A DNA stretch of 61,795 bases, counting the filler, from Bacteroidales bacterium (GTDB taxonomy: Bacteria; Bacteroidota; Bacteroidia; Bacteroidales; CAIWKO01): NCBI GenBank assembly GCA_035389045.1. It is 2 parts of 2 records of this genome, joined end to end, with 100 filler letters (N's around TTAATTAATTAA, not from the genome) between each part and the next. Parts side by side here need not be neighbours in the genome. Positions count along the whole stretch, not along the records: positions 31,179 to 61,795 come from DAOORA010000057.1; 1 more part is not named here. One strand, 5' to 3'. A program made the translations under genes and the position numbers. Positions within the stretch are counted from its first letter, which is position 1, and each line of letters begins with the position of its first letter. This document shows, piece by piece, positions 31,344-41,948 of the stretch. The notes below the pieces were generated by a model. That model saw only the letters and a program-made list of their open reading frames with translations. It was not told the DNA's origin and searched no databases.

Positions 31344-31379
31344 AATAAAAAAAGACCTGACATCAGGTCTTTTTTTATT
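31344..31379. terminator. Bidirectional Rho-independent terminator
   Basis: Perfect inverted repeat aataaaaaaagacctga-ca-tcaggtctttttttatt between convergent genes. Confidence 0.93.
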
Positions 31380-31383
31380 CCTC

Positions 31384-34300
31384 TCAGTTATCTGGCAAAA
31401 TAATCATCGAATGTGTAGCTGTGAAATCTCTCGTTAACCCTTCAACGACGATCTTGTAATAATAAGTACCGCTGCTAAATTTGGAACTGTCAAAGCGAAG
31501 ATGGTATTTTCCTGCTTTTTGCCGGCCCGACACCAACGTTTTAACTTCCTGACCTAAAACATTATAGGCTTTAAGAATAACATTCCCATCTTCAGCTAAT
31601 ACATAGCCAATTTCAGTTTCTCCGTTATAGGGATTGGGATAATTCTGGCTTAATTCAAAATCATGTTCTGTTGAAATCCGGATTTCAGGATAACTCAAAT
31701 AGACATTGTCCATGATTTCCGCTGTTATTTCTGCAAATTCACTCTGTGCATCCAACATTAATGTGATGGTGTCATTTTCTGATGCTATTTCGCTGACTTT
31801 TAAATGGAGCACACACAACGCCTCATTGTTGTCAAATATTGCCGGCGAAATGCTGTCCCAGGCAACGATGATCTTGCCTTTTTCAGCCCTGAATAAAAAC
31901 CCGGGGAGTACTGAAGTGATGGCTTCAACCTCAACAATGTGTTCCGGGTAATTTATTAGTAATGTAACTGCTGCAGGGCTAATGGCGTTTTCACATAAAA
32001 CCGGAAGATCAATATTTCTACTTCTGCCTGAACTGATCTCTCCTTTTTTGATCAGACTGACACCTGATGATTTGATAAATACAGGCTGATAAGATCCGTT
32101 CACATCTCCTGCGCACAAAGTTTTTATATCATGAATGATATTGCTATCGGTGACATAAAGCGTATCTTTCAGAAATACAATATCATTTATCTGAAAATTA
32201 TCAATCTGCCCTACGACACGTCTCCTGATCAATAAAGCATCCGTGCTTGAAATAGTATTGGAATGATTAACATCAGCGGCGGAATCCTGCAGTCTGTTCA
32301 GGTCAGTCAGGCCAATAACTGCCCTCCGAACCAATAAAGCATCCGTTGAATTTACGCCACCCCATGGAAAATCGGCATAAGCATTAATTAAATAGGTATT
32401 CTGAGGTTTATTGCCGAAATCGTAAGTTCCGTTAATACCGGTAAATACAGAATCTTTTTGGGCACCTTCAATATCACGTAAATAAACCAATGCATTACTT
32501 ATAGGAGTATTCAGAATGTTCTGATAAGTAACAGCACCGGATATTGCCCGGGGATTACCCAGAAAAATTGTTCCTTCAGTTATATTCTTCATTGGCTCAG
32601 TATTACCCACATGATCCCTGGCAATCGAAAAAAAACGGTATTCAGAATTCTCTATGCCGATAATATGTGCCACATTTCCTAAATTATATTCACCATATAA
32701 ATAATATGGTCCGCCATCTTTCGAATAATAGAGAAGATACTTCTGAATCCCGCACCCGCCAACATCATCCTGTCCGGTAAATGACAGATCGGCAGTACCA
32801 GGCGAGGTCAAAACCAAAGTATCAACTGTAGTCGAAGGTGGTAAGGCATCAATAACATTAAACCATTGATTGGTATTTATAGGTTCATTAACGTCAAAAA
32901 TAATTTCTGCTTTAACCAGTACTGAATCACCCGTATTATCAACTGCTTTAGGCTTCACTGAAAAAGTGACATACCCCTCACCTGAGTGTATGCTTGTGTC
33001 ATTAACAGGCAAAAAACCTGTTTGGGGATCATTAGGAGGAAGGCCGGTTGCGGGGTCAACAGACTGGAATATCCAGAATGCTTCCTGATTAACCATATCC
33101 AGTCCCGCGATTATGTCTACATATACATTTAGCGATTCAGTCACATCCAATCGCATGGAATAATAAGGGGTTCCCGGCGGCACTGAAAAGATAAAATCTC
33201 CAAATCCGAAATTGCCTATCTGTAAAGAATTCATGTCAATCTTGTCATTCAGCGGTACTGTGATTTTAACCTCTTGTGCGGGCGCCGTAGCGAAATCCGG
33301 GTCATTTTCATAATATACAGTGTAGGACAACTGGTCGTTGACCGATACCCATTGTTCTTCGGCATATCCTGCTGGTCCGGCAATGGCATTGGGGTCCTGT
33401 GAACATTCCACGGGGATAAATAATACAGAAACACATGAACTGGCGCCACATCCATTGGCATCCGTAACAGAACAGCAATAAGACCCTGATCCTGATACGG
33501 AAAGAGAACCTCCCTGCCAGCTATAACTATAGGGAGGTGTCCCTCCTGAAGCCATTGCATATAAATCTGTTTCAGGGGGGGCCGGGTCATCGCCACAATA
33601 ATAAACAGATGCATTTCCGCCGGCGACTGAATTTGATAATTCCGGAGGACTGTTTATAGTGATGCTTGTTGTTCCGTGACAGCCGCTGGAGTCGGTTACG
33701 GTCACTGAATATGATCCGGATGACAGGCCAAAAGCAGTGCTTCCGGAACTGCCATTTGACCACCCATAGGTATATGGCTCACTTCCGCCAGATGCGGAAA
33801 CGGTGGCCTTACCGTTGCTTTGGCCGTGACAGGAAGGCGGAGATGACGAGATGATTGACACCGGGAAGGCAATATTATTGGTTACTATTGCTACCGTGTT
33901 AGTTCCGTTGCAGCCATTTGAATCCGTGACCGTGACGTTGTATTCACCAGCATCCAGATTCGTTAGGGTGGAATCGGTTTCACTGTTTGACCAGGAATAG
34001 GTAAAGGGCATAGTACCATCACCGGGCGTGACTGTTGCGGATCCGTCGGACGAATTGTCGCAACTCTCGTCTGTCTTGGTAATAGTAGTAGGTAAAGTAT
34101 TCATTGACAGTTCGATGTCCACATTGATTAAATCAATGCAGTTTACAGAATTTGTTATGATAACATTGTACTGCCCCTCGGCCAAACCATGTATACTGTC
34201 GAGCGTATCGCTGGTATTCCAGAGATAAGAAAAATTTGCCGTATCCCCCCTGATGATTTCCACCCAGGCTGAGCCGTTAGAATCACCTGCACAAGTCACG

Positions 34301-36078
34301 TCTTTATGTTTAACAACCGTTGAGTCATAATCGTCGCCTACACCCACAGCATACCAGGCATTAATAACCCTTTTGGCATTATCCGAGCAGTTGCCGAAAA
34401 GATCAGTTGCTGAAATAAGGGAGTATTTTCGTGCATCTTTATAATTGGATGCAGGGGGAAGATACACGGTCAGTGTACGGTAGGCAATACTTGCCGCATC
34501 GTCGATGCCTATGCCGGTAACATTGTAATCGTTTCCCAGGTCATTAGTACCTGCTCCTCCTTGTGAAAGCAGGTAAAACCAATACGCGAGTACACCGCAA
34601 TTAAAATGCACACCACCGTAATCGCCTGCCAAATAATACCAGTTAGTCCCGTGATACGTATCAGGAAGACCATATGTTTCGGGCGAAGACATGGAACGGA
34701 AGGGAGCAGCCATATCTTCCCCGATAGTCCAATTGGCTGAGGCAGGTTTTGCATAAAACTCGATACTTGTACCAAAAATATCTGAAAATCCCTCATTGAG
34801 AGCCCCGGATTCATCCTGATAAGTGAGGTTTGCTGTTTTCTCGGTAAGGCCGTGTGTTATTTCATGCCCAACAATATCAACAGCAGTATAGGGCCCGTTG
34901 GCAGCATCACCATCACCATAAGTCATGCAGGCTCCGTTCCAGAATGCATTTAGATTATCCGTTTGTGAAGAGTGAATTAACGGAAGATTGGCATGAACAT
35001 AATTTATGAGCTTAAATCCGCTGCCATCAATACTGTTGCGTCCAAATTTACCGAAAAAATAATCATACGATCTTTCGGTAGCCCAGTGGGCATCAGTTGC
35101 CACTTCATCCTGCTCCGCATTTACGTTGTCCCAGTAATTATTGGTGTCGATAAAATCAACCGCGGTCCCGTAATTTCCGGTCATCTTCATATTGTAAGTT
35201 TCAATGCCATTACCTCTAAGTGTTTCACGCAAACGGTAATAGGTCAGGGGTACTCCGGTGGAAGTATCCGTCATCTTTTCGGCATGAATCGGTTGAATAC
35301 CACTGTACTTTGTAACCGCTGTGCCTGGATCATTGATTGTGTGTATCCTGCTCAGTTCCAAAAAAATTTCCCCATTTTGTGCATCGACAAAAATATACGA
35401 TCTGCTCATTGGTTTATGAGCATAAATATCAAACCTGTACGCCAGCTTGTATGATGATGAATTATTATCCGCCAGAAAAATCAGCTTCCCAGACGGGAAA
35501 TAGGTAGCACCAGGGTCGCCTGTGAATTTCTTCAGAAATATTTCTTCACCGGGGATTTCCCATTTATATTCGATGGCGTTAACATAAGAAACAGCGCTTG
35601 CAAGTGCCTGTGATTCGGTCATGGTCTTACTGTTGGAAACATTCACCGAGGAAATAATTTTCCCGTTAAAAGAAAACACTTTGCTGTCTTTGGTATGCAC
35701 AATAATATCTTTTTCAAAAATTTCTATTCCCTGAAAGGTTTGGCCATACCGGTAATGCACCTCCCCCAAATTATCTCTTTCAGTGCTTTTCAAGACAAAT
35801 CCCATTTCGGGTGACAAATTCAGTGATTTGGACAACCACTGCTCCCATTCACCGAAACTGATCTCATTGCCGGCTTTTAGTTTTATATATTCAGGCAGGT
35901 CCCCATTGGCTGCATAATCAATGCGAGAAGCTCCTGTAATCTTTTGTTCTGCTTTGTGTGTATTGTAGACCTGGGAAAAACTTTCATGCCCACAAAAAAG
36001 AAACAAGAATAATATGATAATAAAACGATTTATCATAGCCAGCTTTGTTGAAATATTCTTTTTGATTTTGGTTTTCAT
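31384..36078 (-). CDS. M4 (thermolysin-family) metallopeptidase with SprB repeats, DPN-type Ig domain, dockerin, cohesin-like domain and T9SS type A CTD
   Basis: FTP/PepSY propeptide; NAFWNG, HEITH, GALNEGFSD and GGVHFNCG motifs; SprB-like C-x-G-x-SNG repeats; SQDPNAIAGP; AADVNHSNTISSTDALL; LSQNYPNPY..SSGTYYY CTD. Confidence 0.92.
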   Translation of the reverse strand: MKTKIKKNISTKLAMINRFIIILFLFLFCGHESFSQVYNTHKAEQKITGASRIDYAANGDLPEYIKLKAGNEISFGEWEQWLSKSLNLSPEMGFVLKSTERDNLGEVHYRYGQTFQGIEIFEKDIIVHTKDSKVFSFNGKIISSVNVSNSKTMTESQALASAVSYVNAIEYKWEIPGEEIFLKKFTGDPGATYFPSGKLIFLADNNSSSYKLAYRFDIYAHKPMSRSYIFVDAQNGEIFLELSRIHTINDPGTAVTKYSGIQPIHAEKMTDTSTGVPLTYYRLRETLRGNGIETYNMKMTGNYGTAVDFIDTNNYWDNVNAEQDEVATDAHWATERSYDYFFGKFGRNSIDGSGFKLINYVHANLPLIHSSQTDNLNAFWNGACMTYGDGDAANGPYTAVDIVGHEITHGLTEKTANLTYQDESGALNEGFSDIFGTSIEFYAKPASANWTIGEDMAAPFRSMSSPETYGLPDTYHGTNWYYLAGDYGGVHFNCGVLAYWFYLLSQGGAGTNDLGNDYNVTGIGIDDAASIAYRTLTVYLPPASNYKDARKYSLISATDLFGNCSDNAKRVINAWYAVGVGDDYDSTVVKHKDVTCAGDSNGSAWVEIIRGDTANFSYLWNTSDTLDSIHGLAEGQYNVIITNSVNCIDLINVDIELSMNTLPTTITKTDESCDNSSDGSATVTPGDGTMPFTYSWSNSETDSTLTNLDAGEYNVTVTDSNGCNGTNTVAIVTNNIAFPVSIISSSPPSCHGQSNGKATVSASGGSEPYTYGWSNGSSGSTAFGLSSGSYSVTVTDSSGCHGTTSITINSPPELSNSVAGGNASVYYCGDDPAPPETDLYAMASGGTPPYSYSWQGGSLSVSGSGSYCCSVTDANGCGASSCVSVLFIPVECSQDPNAIAGPAGYAEEQWVSVNDQLSYTVYYENDPDFATAPAQEVKITVPLNDKIDMNSLQIGNFGFGDFIFSVPPGTPYYSMRLDVTESLNVYVDIIAGLDMVNQEAFWIFQSVDPATGLPPNDPQTGFLPVNDTSIHSGEGYVTFSVKPKAVDNTGDSVLVKAEIIFDVNEPINTNQWFNVIDALPPSTTVDTLVLTSPGTADLSFTGQDDVGGCGIQKYLLYYSKDGGPYYLYGEYNLGNVAHIIGIENSEYRFFSIARDHVGNTEPMKNITEGTIFLGNPRAISGAVTYQNILNTPISNALVYLRDIEGAQKDSVFTGINGTYDFGNKPQNTYLINAYADFPWGGVNSTDALLVRRAVIGLTDLNRLQDSAADVNHSNTISSTDALLIRRRVVGQIDNFQINDIVFLKDTLYVTDSNIIHDIKTLCAGDVNGSYQPVFIKSSGVSLIKKGEISSGRSRNIDLPVLCENAISPAAVTLLINYPEHIVEVEAITSVLPGFLFRAEKGKIIVAWDSISPAIFDNNEALCVLHLKVSEIASENDTITLMLDAQSEFAEITAEIMDNVYLSYPEIRISTEHDFELSQNYPNPYNGETEIGYVLAEDGNVILKAYNVLGQEVKTLVSGRQKAGKYHLRFDSSKFSSGTYYYKIVVEGLTRDFTATHSMIILPDN

Positions 36079-36105
36079 ATTTATTTCTTTTTAGGAGAAT
36101 TTGAA

Positions 36106-39100
36106 TTATTTATATTGGACAAGGTACCCCAAGCCGGCAATGGTTTTAGCATAAATCGTAACGGACCCGTTTACCCCTGGCCTTAATAGTCCGGAAGGTC
36201 CGTTATCTTCCTTAAGCGGCACAAGCAGGACATGATGCATATTGACCAGCTGGTCAACACTTAATGCAATAGGAGAAGCGGTAAGGCTTCTGACGGTCAC
36301 TTCGGGGTTATAAATATTGGTATTGCCAAGGTTTGCAAACTCTATGGTAAAGCTTGTCACCCTGTTCGGGCGTGATGAAGGAGGCGCAATGATATTTACA
36401 CCAAGTTGGGTTGCTGTACCGGCAACAACCTCGAATCCTTGCTGAAGTGAGGTCGTGTCCCCATTGGATTTTTCAATTATAAGATCAAAAACAGCCGGTT
36501 GGATGTCCGTGAGGTCAAAGGTCGCAAACACTTTAGAGTAATCAACATACATAAGGTCATTGGCTGCAATTACGGTTGATCCGTTTTCAAGTCGTACTTC
36601 CATATCGGGATCAAACTTTGATCCGGTGATCTCCAGGGTGACAGTTCCGGTATTTCCGCCGGTAACAGGATTCAGCGAAAGAATCTGAAATACAAGGATC
36701 TCGGCCTTTACTTCGATATGCTGCTGGTTCCCCGTCAGGGTACTTCCGTAAAGTAGCATATAATAGTTTCCGCTGAAAAGCGAGGACACGATAATATCCT
36801 GATTCCCCGCGTAAGGATTTCCGCTTGAAAAATCATGGATGATCCGTGTCGGCATATCATCATGCTTCAGGTACATTTCGTTGGCACCGGAAACAGAATC
36901 AGCCTTCAATGTGGTAAGCATCGTTTCATTATTCTGAGAATAATCAATGGGAATACGGAAATACAAGTTCTCAAGATCATTCAGTGTGTCCGACAAAGTA
37001 ACACCAAGAGGTAATTCACGTATATCGGCAAATATCATTTCGCTTGCCGCTGTACTATTATTATTTTCATCAGTTTCATTAATTCCGTTGAGTACATCCG
37101 TCCTGACAAAGACATAGTACAACCCATAATGAAGGTCATTGGCTTTTGCTGTTACACTTCTTAAGATCTCTTCGTCAGTGCCCAGACTCACACCCGACTG
37201 GAATGATCCGAACAACACATCTCCAATATCCCAAACCGGATCATCGGAAAAATACACCATGTCTTTTACAATCCCGTTAGCCGGGTTCTGTCCGGTATTT
37301 CTAAGTGTCCATTGAATTGTCGTTGTTTTTCCAACGACAACCGAGTCCGGATGAGTTATTGTTGAAACAACCAGGTCGGCCGGAGGTGGTTGAGATACAA
37401 CCACAAAAGAATAGTCCGAATTATTGGTTTCGGATGATTCATATAGGGCATCTGCGGCATCAGCCATGATCAGCATGACGTAATTCCCTGACAGATTATT
37501 GGGCAGGGTGATTTGCAGTGAATCAGTATATGTTTGAGATGCACCAATCGCCTCCATTCTCGTCTTTGATCCGATCAGCAGGTCACCGGAATTAATGACA
37601 AGATCAGAAGATAAATAAATCTTATCGGTCCACGAGTTATTCTGGATAACTCCCGGTCCAAGGTTTTGAGCCGTCCAGGTTATAGTAAACGGTATGCCGG
37701 TAACGGCCTGCAAGGGCACTGTAAACAAGGTCACTTTAAGGTCCGGCGGAGGGGTAAGTGAAATATGAGTGGTTATCATTGGGCCGTATATAGATCTTGC
37801 CCTACTGTTGTTTGACAGATTGGCATCGCTGTTTACCCGCTGATAATCGGCAACAACCAGCAAATAATAATCTCCGCTTACCCCGTTGGGTATAACAAAT
37901 GACTGACTGGCGCTGTAACTTTCTTCATAGCCCAACTGCCCGTAATGATAACGTTTGCCGAGGTATAAGTCTGTATTCTCATTCCAAAGGCTGTCGCCGG
38001 ATAAATAAACCGCATCGTACCATGAGGAAAGAGTACCTGCAGGGGCAATATTTTTCACGGACCAGTATACACTAATTAATTGCCCTGAATATGCCGAATC
38101 AGAATTAATAACACTCAAAACAGTGATATCAGCGGGAGGAGGCGGATTAATGAAAAGGGGGTCACTTTTAGAAACGTTGTTATATTCCGTGGTGTGTTCA
38201 AAAACAGTATCCTCTGCATCGGCAAAAACATAAATATAGAAAATCCCGCTGCCAATTCCGCCAGGCAGATTGACAGAAGTGTTGATTTCATAGGTTGAAT
38301 CGACAGCCAGTGAAAACGACTGCACAAAAGAGCGCAGGAATACCGACGACCCCGGATCCCAGTCAGAAACCGGTGAAATATATGCTTTGTCGATCCATGT
38401 TTTATCTATGATGCTTTTTGTACCTGTATTTTTTACGGTAATAATCATGGGAATTTGCTGGCCAGCCATCGCAGAATCTGTTATTTGAATGTTGGTGACC
38501 TGAAGATCTGGCCAGGCATTTATTTCAAGGTAAATTATAGAATCGGCAACATTATTGTTTTTATTATATATTTCATCAATATTGTCATTGAAGTCGGTGA
38601 AAACATGAATATAATAATCACCTTGTATCCCTTCCGGGATAAAGACCATTATTTGACTTGTGATACTATCGCCGGGATGCAAAGTACCTGTAAAACCCTT
38701 ATCGGCCAATAACGTATTCGCACCCTGATAATAGGACGAATAATACGATAAGAAAACCCTGTCATGCCAGGTTTTATTAAGAACTGATGAGGTCCCATTA
38801 TTTTTCGTCACCCATGTTATGCTGACAGAATCCCCTGTATTTGCGGAAGAAGGAATCTGCAGATGCCGCACTATCATATCCGGCCTCAGAATCTGTATGG
38901 TGCCGGCGCTATGGCCTATGTTGTTCGTTTCAGAATAATTCTCATATATCTGGTTATAACCATCCACATATACAAAAACATAATACGTGCCGGGTTTAAT
39001 GGAATCCGGTAAACTGACATTCACCTGTCTGCTGGCGGTTTCACCGGAGCCCATATCTGCACTATAGTTCAGTACCGTAATCTGAAAAACCGAATCGGGA

Positions 39101-41916
39101 TCAAAGACGGGACTGTGCGAAACCATGATCCTGTCAGTCCAGTTCCGGTTTTGCACCATACCTGAACCGGTATTTATGACTTTCCAACTGACAGGAATGG
39201 TCTGTGTTCCGCTATCAGCAGCTGGAGCATTAATATCGTATACGGCAAGGTCAGGCTTATCAATCAGGATGCTGCTGGGACTTCTTGAAACATTATTGTA
39301 TTCGCTGCCATTTTCAAAGATGCTGTTGCTCCAATCGGTATAAATATATACATAGTATGACCCAGACAAACTGTCTGGAAGCAAAACTGATTGTGTATGA
39401 CTGATGCTGTCACCAGGCAGCAATGTCAATAAAGTATGATGAAGTTCGACGATCTGAATAACAGAATCCGCCTGGTAAACCGGGGATTTCGAAACAATAA
39501 TTTTATCTGTCCATGTTTCATTATTTAATTTCCCCGGACCGTTATTTTTCACCATCCAATGAATATCAAAAGCCTGGCTGTTATTATTCGTCAGTGGGCA
39601 TGCAATATTAGCAACGACAAGGTCGGGATTTACGATCATAACAGGATCATCACTCCTGAGCATGTTATTGTTTTCATTCCCGTATTCGTATACATTGTCA
39701 TTTATATCCGTACTTATATAAACATAGTACAGCCCTGTTATATTCTGAAAAAAACTAATCTGTTTGGTCACCGAGTAGCTGCTATCATGAGGAAGTCCAA
39801 TAAGATTAATGAATTTTTGACCCAGATTAAACGCGTGGTTATTGTCAAAATAAGGCAATTCGGACAAGTATATATTATCCTTCCAGTTGTTCACCACAGG
39901 AGGTGTTGCTCCCTGATTCTTTACCGTCCATCCGATGACAAAGGAGTCTTTATGGCTTATTGTGTCCGGTGTAAAGATATCTGTAACAATCAGGTCGGCA
40001 GTCGGAGTAAGAAACACCTCCACCGGGTTGCTTTTTGTCGTATTATTACTTTCGTATACATATTCAAAAACCTGATTATTAATATCAGTAGTAATATAGA
40101 AATAGAAGGTTCCGAAAATATTGGGCGGTATAATCACAGATTTTGTACAGGTATATGAGCTGTCGGGATTAAGTATTCCCGTATGGCTGAATATCCCGAG
40201 ATTATAAGCCGAATCGGTGTTCAAAACAGAATCTGAAGAAAGAAAAACCTTGTCTTTCCAGCTGCTCACAATGGTGTTGCCATCTCCGGTGTTCTTAACT
40301 GTCCAGGTAACGTTCACCGGCTGTCCGGAAAATGCATTGGAAGGGGGAATGATGGAGTTTACTATCAGGTCGGGTTCAGGAGGAACCGGAAAATTAATTT
40401 CTTTATAAAAGAAATTGTCGTGGTACGGAGGATTGTCTGATATTTCAGGAACGATATTCACAAAACTTCCGGTATGGGAAAATGCCTTGTTATAAGGCGG
40501 TGGATTATAGGGCACTGGAGGTCCTGAAGGCGGCCAGGACATTAAACAGGCATCAAGAGCATCCGTCACAACAAAAAGAAAGTACGTACCCATCAGATTT
40601 GCAGGTATTTGAATCTGTTTTGACTGCACATAACTTTCACCAGGGCCGAGATAACTGATATTAGGAAACTGCCCCAGTAAAATATCTTCCTGTTCTGCTA
40701 TCCTCACGTCTATATCTGGTGAAAGCCAGACCCTGTCCATCCATATGTTTCCCGGCATTGTTTCCCATGCACCATCATTTTGGACCGTCCAGCTGATGGT
40801 CATCGGCTGACCTGCAACAGGCTGTGAATTTGATATTCCTGTCACATGAAGTTCCGGAAGTCCTTTGAGTGAAAAAACCTGTATGGGCCCCTGTGTCTGA
40901 GCACAAGGGTTTTTGGCAGCCACCCTCCATTTACAGGTATCCCCGAAAGTAAACAAACTGCTACCGTCGAGCATATAATTAATCTGGGTCAAATCGGAAA
41001 CTACTGGTGTATTGGGCTGTGTTTCCTTGTATTTCCATATATACAAGTCATACAGGGTTGCATTTACAGCGGGGCTCCATGAAAACTGAACCGGGAATGA
41101 AATATCAAATGAGCTGTCTGCAGGCAGCATATTGGCAACAGATGCCGGGGGTGTGGAATAAACAGTAATTGTCTTGCTGACCAATACGGTATCCAGATCA
41201 TCTCTTACTTCAACGGAGTACACTGTGTTTATAGTGGGATTGACCTGCACTGCCGACTGAGCAGAAGAAAAACCGGGAGGATCAGACGACCAGTTGTAAA
41301 GGTAATTTCCCTGCCCGTCGGCCGCCTGAGCAGTCAGTAAAATAGATTGACCGGCACAAATAGCATTCACAGTGGACATGATATTCGCCGATAAAGAAGG
41401 AGTTACCCGCCCGTTCAGGTAAACCACGTCAGGCGATAACAGATTACCCTCAATATCCGCTATTTCACAAGAGGTCAAAAAAGAAATATCGCTGGTACCG
41501 CCATTGTATTTGAACCTCATATCAAAAAGTTTTCCGGTTCCAATGGTCACGCCGTTAACATCGTACCATGAAACAGCGATCGTGATGCTGTCAATCTTAT
41601 TGATCAAAGGATAACCCTGAAGTATCAATGGATGAATATTCAACACCCTTCCATAATTCAGCACGGTATCCGAAAACCTGATGAACAGGGTTATAGCGCC
41701 GGTTTCAGGCAGGCCGGAGGCTCTGACAGCTATATCAATGCTGTCACCCGGGTGTCCAATCACAGTATCTGCGTATATTACCGGTGATTGAGCATATGCC
41801 GGCAGCAGATATATAAAGATCAGAAAACTCAATAAAACATGCAGCTTTGCTATGAATTTTTGAAATATCCTGTTTGCTGATTTTATATCGGCCTTATCTG
41901 TTCTGATTTTTCTCAT
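36106..41916 (-). CDS. Exported scaffold-like protein: N-terminal cohesin-like domain, FN3-like domain, 10 CARDB repeats and PPC/IPT-like domains; no T9SS CTD
   Basis: Signal peptide ending AYA/Q; ten PDLxV..WTVxNxG..W-x-D..YLS..G-x-YY..E..E-x-NN repeats; ends GLGYLVQYK with no PNP/GxY CTD motif. Confidence 0.88.
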   Translation of the reverse strand: MRKIRTDKADIKSANRIFQKFIAKLHVLLSFLIFIYLLPAYAQSPVIYADTVIGHPGDSIDIAVRASGLPETGAITLFIRFSDTVLNYGRVLNIHPLILQGYPLINKIDSITIAVSWYDVNGVTIGTGKLFDMRFKYNGGTSDISFLTSCEIADIEGNLLSPDVVYLNGRVTPSLSANIMSTVNAICAGQSILLTAQAADGQGNYLYNWSSDPPGFSSAQSAVQVNPTINTVYSVEVRDDLDTVLVSKTITVYSTPPASVANMLPADSSFDISFPVQFSWSPAVNATLYDLYIWKYKETQPNTPVVSDLTQINYMLDGSSLFTFGDTCKWRVAAKNPCAQTQGPIQVFSLKGLPELHVTGISNSQPVAGQPMTISWTVQNDGAWETMPGNIWMDRVWLSPDIDVRIAEQEDILLGQFPNISYLGPGESYVQSKQIQIPANLMGTYFLFVVTDALDACLMSWPPSGPPVPYNPPPYNKAFSHTGSFVNIVPEISDNPPYHDNFFYKEINFPVPPEPDLIVNSIIPPSNAFSGQPVNVTWTVKNTGDGNTIVSSWKDKVFLSSDSVLNTDSAYNLGIFSHTGILNPDSSYTCTKSVIIPPNIFGTFYFYITTDINNQVFEYVYESNNTTKSNPVEVFLTPTADLIVTDIFTPDTISHKDSFVIGWTVKNQGATPPVVNNWKDNIYLSELPYFDNNHAFNLGQKFINLIGLPHDSSYSVTKQISFFQNITGLYYVYISTDINDNVYEYGNENNNMLRSDDPVMIVNPDLVVANIACPLTNNNSQAFDIHWMVKNNGPGKLNNETWTDKIIVSKSPVYQADSVIQIVELHHTLLTLLPGDSISHTQSVLLPDSLSGSYYVYIYTDWSNSIFENGSEYNNVSRSPSSILIDKPDLAVYDINAPAADSGTQTIPVSWKVINTGSGMVQNRNWTDRIMVSHSPVFDPDSVFQITVLNYSADMGSGETASRQVNVSLPDSIKPGTYYVFVYVDGYNQIYENYSETNNIGHSAGTIQILRPDMIVRHLQIPSSANTGDSVSITWVTKNNGTSSVLNKTWHDRVFLSYYSSYYQGANTLLADKGFTGTLHPGDSITSQIMVFIPEGIQGDYYIHVFTDFNDNIDEIYNKNNNVADSIIYLEINAWPDLQVTNIQITDSAMAGQQIPMIITVKNTGTKSIIDKTWIDKAYISPVSDWDPGSSVFLRSFVQSFSLAVDSTYEINTSVNLPGGIGSGIFYIYVFADAEDTVFEHTTEYNNVSKSDPLFINPPPPADITVLSVINSDSAYSGQLISVYWSVKNIAPAGTLSSWYDAVYLSGDSLWNENTDLYLGKRYHYGQLGYEESYSASQSFVIPNGVSGDYYLLVVADYQRVNSDANLSNNSRARSIYGPMITTHISLTPPPDLKVTLFTVPLQAVTGIPFTITWTAQNLGPGVIQNNSWTDKIYLSSDLVINSGDLLIGSKTRMEAIGASQTYTDSLQITLPNNLSGNYVMLIMADAADALYESSETNNSDYSFVVVSQPPPADLVVSTITHPDSVVVGKTTTIQWTLRNTGQNPANGIVKDMVYFSDDPVWDIGDVLFGSFQSGVSLGTDEEILRSVTAKANDLHYGLYYVFVRTDVLNGINETDENNNSTAASEMIFADIRELPLGVTLSDTLNDLENLYFRIPIDYSQNNETMLTTLKADSVSGANEMYLKHDDMPTRIIHDFSSGNPYAGNQDIIVSSLFSGNYYMLLYGSTLTGNQQHIEVKAEILVFQILSLNPVTGGNTGTVTLEITGSKFDPDMEVRLENGSTVIAANDLMYVDYSKVFATFDLTDIQPAVFDLIIEKSNGDTTSLQQGFEVVAGTATQLGVNIIAPPSSRPNRVTSFTIEFANLGNTNIYNPEVTVRSLTASPIALSVDQLVNMHHVLLVPLKEDNGPSGLLRPGVNGSVTIYAKTIAGLGYLVQYK

Positions 41917-41948
41917 GATTTTTAATTTTAAAACCAGTATTAATTTTC

